A stretch of 2,550 nt of DNA. Origin: Escherichia coli. Lineage in GTDB: Bacteria; Pseudomonadota; Gammaproteobacteria; Enterobacterales; Enterobacteriaceae. Location: assembly GCF_003334765.1 (NCBI RefSeq), contig NZ_QOWT01000073.1; one strand, 5' to 3'. Of this stretch, positions 1 to 2,550 are shown piece by piece. Position 1 is the stretch's first letter; each line of letters opens with the position of its first letter. Under the pieces are notes generated by a model. The model was not told the origin of the DNA. It did no database searches and saw nothing but the letters and a program-made list of their open reading frames with translations. Position numbers and translations under genes: made by a program.

Positions 1-1502
1 TTTAATCCGCGATATAACGAAGCTCCCGGAGCTGCGTAAGGTCTTTTTGGGCTTAATATTTGACAAAGGTCATAAGAATTTTTCTTTCCGAGACAGACTG
101 CACGAAGCGCTCTTTCCGCTGTGTTATTGTCCGCCTCCGCCAGACCGTCATCACAGAAGTTGCACAACGCAACCCAGTGCTTCCTGATATACCGGAACGC
201 ATCTCTCAGACGGCATTTTTTCGATAACGTGTGTTCTTTCTCCTGCATCAGCTTATACAGGGAAGTCAGTAGCGGTTTACTCTGCATTTGCCTGACCGCC
301 AGGCGTTCAGACACCGGCAACCCGCGTATTTCGTGCTCAATGGCGTACAGTTCGCCGATTAGTTTCAGTGCTTCTTCCGCCGTCGCGCTTTTGGTACTGA
401 TATATACATCGTGGATTTTGCGCCGCGCATGAGCCCAGCATCCTGCTTCCGTCAACGCGCCGCCTTCACGTTCGGCACTGAACAGCCGATCGTAACCTGC
501 GAACGCATCTGCCTGCAGGATACCCCGGAAGGGACGAAGGTGTTGCTCCGGATGTTTACCCTGATGGTCCGGTGAGTAGGCGAACCAGACCGCCGGAGGT
601 TCTGGCGAACCGGCATTTCGGTCATCCCGGACATACGTCCAGATATATCCTGTTTTCGCCTTCTTCCTGCCCGGTGCCAGTACTTTTACTGGTGTGTCAT
701 CAGTGTGAACCTTGCGGGTGTTCATCACATAACTGTACAGGGCATCATTCAGCGGCGTCATTAACTGGCAGCACGCATCAACCCAGTTGGAGAGTAAGGC
801 ACGGCTCAGTTCGACACCCTGGCGGGCAAAGATTTCACTCTGACGATACAGTGGCAGGTGTTCGCAGTATTTTCCCGTTAACACGCGGGCAAGTAACCCC
901 GGGCCCGCGATACCACGCTCTATCGGACGGGATGGTGCCGGTGCTTCAACGATGCAGTCACATTTTGTACAGGCTTTTTTTACCCGTTCTGTGCGGATCA
1001 CTTTCAGGGCGCTGCTCACCAGTTCCAGTTGTTCTGCACTGACTTCCCCCAGATAATCCAGCTCACCGCCACACTCCGGGCAACAGCTTTCTTCAGGCTC
1101 CAGGCGGTTTATTTCGCGGGGCAGATGCTCCGGTAACGGACGACGATGGCGTGACTGTCGCAACTGGCGGGGAACCTGCGGGTCATCCTCTCGCCCACTG
1201 TAACGATCGCTGTCCTGTTCGCGTTGCTTCAGCAGGGCCTCAGCCTGTTCAACTTCACGACGCAGTTTTTCAGAACGGGTACCGAACAGCATCCGGCGCA
1301 GTTTTTCTATCTGAGCCCGCAGATGTTCTATTTCCCGTTCATCTTCTTCGATCTTTTCTTCGGCACGTGCCAGCACAGAACGCAGGAAGGCCTCCGTCTC
1401 TTCAACCAGACTCAGTTGTTGGTCTTTCTGACGGAGGGCTTCAGCCTGCTCAGAGAGCAACCTTTCCAGCTCTGCGATGCGAATGAGGTATTTCTGACTC
1501 AT
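1..1502 (-). CDS. tnpC: IS66-family DDE transposase TnpC (Orf3), 3'-partial: 500 codons in window, no stop before the window edge
   Basis: ATG is the reverse complement of 1500..1502; I checked every codon in this frame down to position 3 and found no stop. Translation starts MSQKYLIRIAELERLLSEQAEALRQKDQQL (coiled-coil-like), then CPECGGEL...CTKCDC (zinc-finger-like), HTDDTPVKVL and LQADAFAGYDRLF (DDE core), GCWAHARRKIHD, and DNNTAERALRAVCLGKKN near the end. These are hallmark IS66 transposase motifs. Starts 30 bp after the tnpB stop. Confidence 0.9.
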   Translation of the reverse strand, partial: MSQKYLIRIAELERLLSEQAEALRQKDQQLSLVEETEAFLRSVLARAEEKIEEDEREIEHLRAQIEKLRRMLFGTRSEKLRREVEQAEALLKQREQDSDRYSGREDDPQVPRQLRQSRHRRPLPEHLPREINRLEPEESCCPECGGELDYLGEVSAEQLELVSSALKVIRTERVKKACTKCDCIVEAPAPSRPIERGIAGPGLLARVLTGKYCEHLPLYRQSEIFARQGVELSRALLSNWVDACCQLMTPLNDALYSYVMNTRKVHTDDTPVKVLAPGRKKAKTGYIWTYVRDDRNAGSPEPPAVWFAYSPDHQGKHPEQHLRPFRGILQADAFAGYDRLFSAEREGGALTEAGCWAHARRKIHDVYISTKSATAEEALKLIGELYAIEHEIRGLPVSERLAVRQMQSKPLLTSLYKLMQEKEHTLSKKCRLRDAFRYIRKHWVALCNFCDDGLAEADNNTAERALRAVCLGKKNSYDLCQILSPKRPYAAPGASLYRGL

Positions 1503-1532
1503 GACCGTTTTTATAATGCGGTCAGGAGTTTT

Positions 1533-1883
1533 TTACAACATTGTCAGTGAGTTAAGGCGGGATGTTTTTGGCTGACGCCAGTCCAGCTTATCGAGGAGCA
1601 TTACCAGTTGCGAACGGGTAATGGATACCTTGCCGTCACGTACCGCAGGCCAGATAAACTGGCCTTCCTTCAGGCGTTTGGTGAACAGGCACAGACCATC
1701 AGCATCAGCCCAAAGAATTTTAACGGTGTCACCCCGTCGGCCACGGAAGATAAACAGGTGGCCGGAGAAGGGATTATCATTCAGCACATGTTGTACCTGT
1801 TCTCCCAGTCCGTTGAAGGATTTACGCATATCGGTAACGCCGGCAACGAGCCAGATACGGGTACCTGATGGGAGTGAAATCAT
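1533..1883 (-). CDS. tnpB: IS66-family accessory protein TnpB (Orf2), 116 aa
   Basis: ORF-track protein MISLPSGTRIWLVAGVTDMRKSFNGLGEQVQHVLNDNPFSGHLFIFRGRRGDTVKILWADADGLCLFTKRLKEGQFIWPAVRDGKVSITRSQL..., which I recognise as the IS66 Orf2 type common in enterobacterial elements. Size and position between tnpA and the transposase fit. Confidence 0.9.
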   Translation of the reverse strand: MISLPSGTRIWLVAGVTDMRKSFNGLGEQVQHVLNDNPFSGHLFIFRGRRGDTVKILWADADGLCLFTKRLKEGQFIWPAVRDGKVSITRSQLVMLLDKLDWRQPKTSRLNSLTML

Positions 1884-2305
1884 CTTCCCCTCCCGCTCAG
1901 TTCGCGGATCAACACCGTGAGCAGCTCTGGCGATGGATTTTCCAGCGTCATGTTACCGTGACGGAACTCCACCTTGCAGGAACTGGCACTGACTCTGGTC
2001 TGAGTGGAAGTGGATAAAGACGGCGCAATGGCCGCCACAGGTTTTTTCTGCTCATCCGGCGTTATTTCTACAGGTAATAATTCAACGCCAGTGTCAGAAG
2101 AGGTCGTTACCGGAAGACGCCGCGAAACACGCCCTTCGTTCTGCCAGAGCCTGAGCCATTTGAAAATAACATTATCATTGACGCCATTTTCACGTGCAAT
2201 CTGTGCAACACAAGCTCCAGGTTGTGATGCCAGTTCCACCATACGAAGTTTGAATTCATTCGAATAGTTTTTACGAGGTTCTTTTCGCCAGTCCTGTAAT
2301 TCCAT
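1880..2305 (-). CDS. tnpA: IS66-family accessory protein TnpA (Orf1), 141 aa, HTH-like N-terminus
   Basis: ORF-track protein MELQDWRKEPRKNYSNEFKLRMVELASQPGACVAQIARENGVNDNVIFKWLRLWQ...; N-terminal region resembles the helix-turn-helix of IS3 OrfA / IS66 Orf1 proteins. First gene after the repeat; its TGA stop overlaps the tnpB ATG (ATGA at 1880..1883). Confidence 0.8.
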   Translation of the reverse strand: MELQDWRKEPRKNYSNEFKLRMVELASQPGACVAQIARENGVNDNVIFKWLRLWQNEGRVSRRLPVTTSSDTGVELLPVEITPDEQKKPVAAIAPSLSTSTQTRVSASSCKVEFRHGNMTLENPSPELLTVLIRELSGRGR

Positions 2306-2320
2306 ACTTAGATGTCCGTC

Positions 2321-2348
2321 TATATCAGATGGGCGTCTAAGTTACCAA
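2321..2348 (-). promoter_or_regulatory. Possible sigma70-like promoter for tnpA in the leader between the repeat and the tnpA start
   Basis: Minus strand reads TTGGTA (plus 2343..2348) then 16 nt then GATATA (plus 2321..2326). Weak match to consensus, and the resulting leader before the ATG at 2305 would be very short. Speculative. Confidence 0.15.
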
Positions 2349-2365
2349 TTTTCGTCTGATGGCTA

Positions 2366-2390
2366 TATACGGCGGTCAGTTTACGCTTAC
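2366..2390 (-). repeat. Terminal inverted repeat (left end) of the IS66-family element; outer boundary at 2390/2391, inner extent uncertain
   Basis: Plus strand 2371..2390 is ggcggtcagtttacgcttac; its reverse complement begins GTAAGCGTAAACTGAC. The flanking transposase reading frame runs right up to 2391 and then breaks. Length cannot be fixed without the partner repeat. Confidence 0.6.
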
Positions 2391-2550
2391 AAAACGATAG
2401 TGGCTCAGGCTCTCATTTTTCAGCGTTCCCCAGAAGCTTTCCATCGGAGCGTTGTCGTAACAGTTACCTTTACCCATAGAGGCGGATATAAGGGGAATGC
2501 CGGCAGAGCAGCGGCTTGCTGAACGTCAGCGAAAAACGAAACCGCTGTTG
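2391..2550 (-). pseudogene. IS3-family transposase (OrfB, DDE catalytic core) fragment, interrupted by the IS66 insertion; extends beyond the window
   Basis: Minus-strand translation of about 2391..2480 gives GIPLISASMGKGNCYDNAPMESFWGTLKNESLSHYRF. The CYDNA...ESF(W/F)..LK.E pattern, with K seven residues after the catalytic E, is the IS3-family signature. The frame ends exactly at the IS66 repeat junction. An in-frame TGA lies upstream at 2526..2528. Confidence 0.75.

Larger units (their letters stand above)
1..2390 (-). mobile_element. IS66-family insertion sequence, partial in window (left end and tnpA-tnpB-tnpC present; right end not seen)
   Basis: Three co-directional minus-strand genes in the canonical IS66 order (small HTH protein, ~116 aa Orf2, large DDE transposase); minus-strand terminus reads GTAAGCGTAAACTGACCGCC from 2390, matching the GTAAGCG start typical of IS66-family inverted repeats. 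No matching repeat in 1..100, so the right boundary is outside the window or lost. Confidence 0.85.

Noticed and set aside
1-100. Right-hand inverted repeat of the IS66 element near the window start
   Set aside because: I searched the plus strand 1..100 for GTAAGCG and found only gcgtaagg at 33..40, which does not continue as the repeat sequence. The right end is either outside the window or lost.
452-634. Minus-strand 60-aa ORF inside tnpC
   Set aside because: It is in a different frame from the 500-codon tnpC ORF that carries the DDE motifs through this same region; an out-of-frame artefact.
121-1550. Plus-strand ORFs 121..432, 572..1042, 1151..1486 and 1224..1550 from the six-frame track
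   Set aside because: All lie antisense to the strongly supported tnpC frame and give low-complexity or Ser/Pro/Arg-rich translations with no recognisable motifs. They are shadow ORFs of a long GC-balanced gene.
1533-1883. Possibility that 'TnpB' here is an RNA-guided nuclease of the IS200/IS605 TnpB (OMEGA) type
   Set aside because: The name is shared but the proteins are unrelated. This is a 116-aa IS66 Orf2-type accessory protein, far too small for a RuvC-type nuclease, and no adjacent structured guide-RNA region is evident.
1608-2267. Plus-strand ORFs 1608..1868, 1621..1920 and 2004..2267
   Set aside because: Antisense to tnpB and tnpA, whose translations are recognisable IS66 accessory proteins; no independent support.
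1-2550. A novel defence, toxin-antitoxin or other cargo system hidden in the window
   Set aside because: Every substantial reading frame is accounted for by IS66 tnpA, tnpB and tnpC or the IS3-family fragment. There is no CRISPR-like repeat array, no tRNA or rRNA, and no unexplained intergenic space beyond the 85-bp repeat-to-tnpA leader and 1..77.

Overview
Almost the whole window is one insertion sequence of the IS66 family, read on the minus strand: a terminal inverted repeat ending at 2390 (minus-strand 5'-GTAAGCG...), then tnpA (1880..2305), tnpB (1533..1883) and the DDE transposase tnpC (1502 down to the window edge). The tnpC frame is open for 500 codons and runs off position 1, so it is missing from the complete-ORF track; I checked it codon by codon. 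The 160 bp to the right of the repeat (2391..2550) encodes the DDE-core motif of an IS3-family transposase on the minus strand, so the IS66 copy is inserted into another IS. The last ~75 nt of tnpC in the window do not look like the family-conserved C-terminus, which suggests the IS66 right end is truncated or rearranged. All plus-strand ORFs in the track are antisense shadows of these genes. I see no rRNA, tRNA, CRISPR array or cargo gene, and no sequence-based support for a novel biological system here: this is a nested mobile-element region. All family assignments rest on recognised motifs and gene order, not on a database search.
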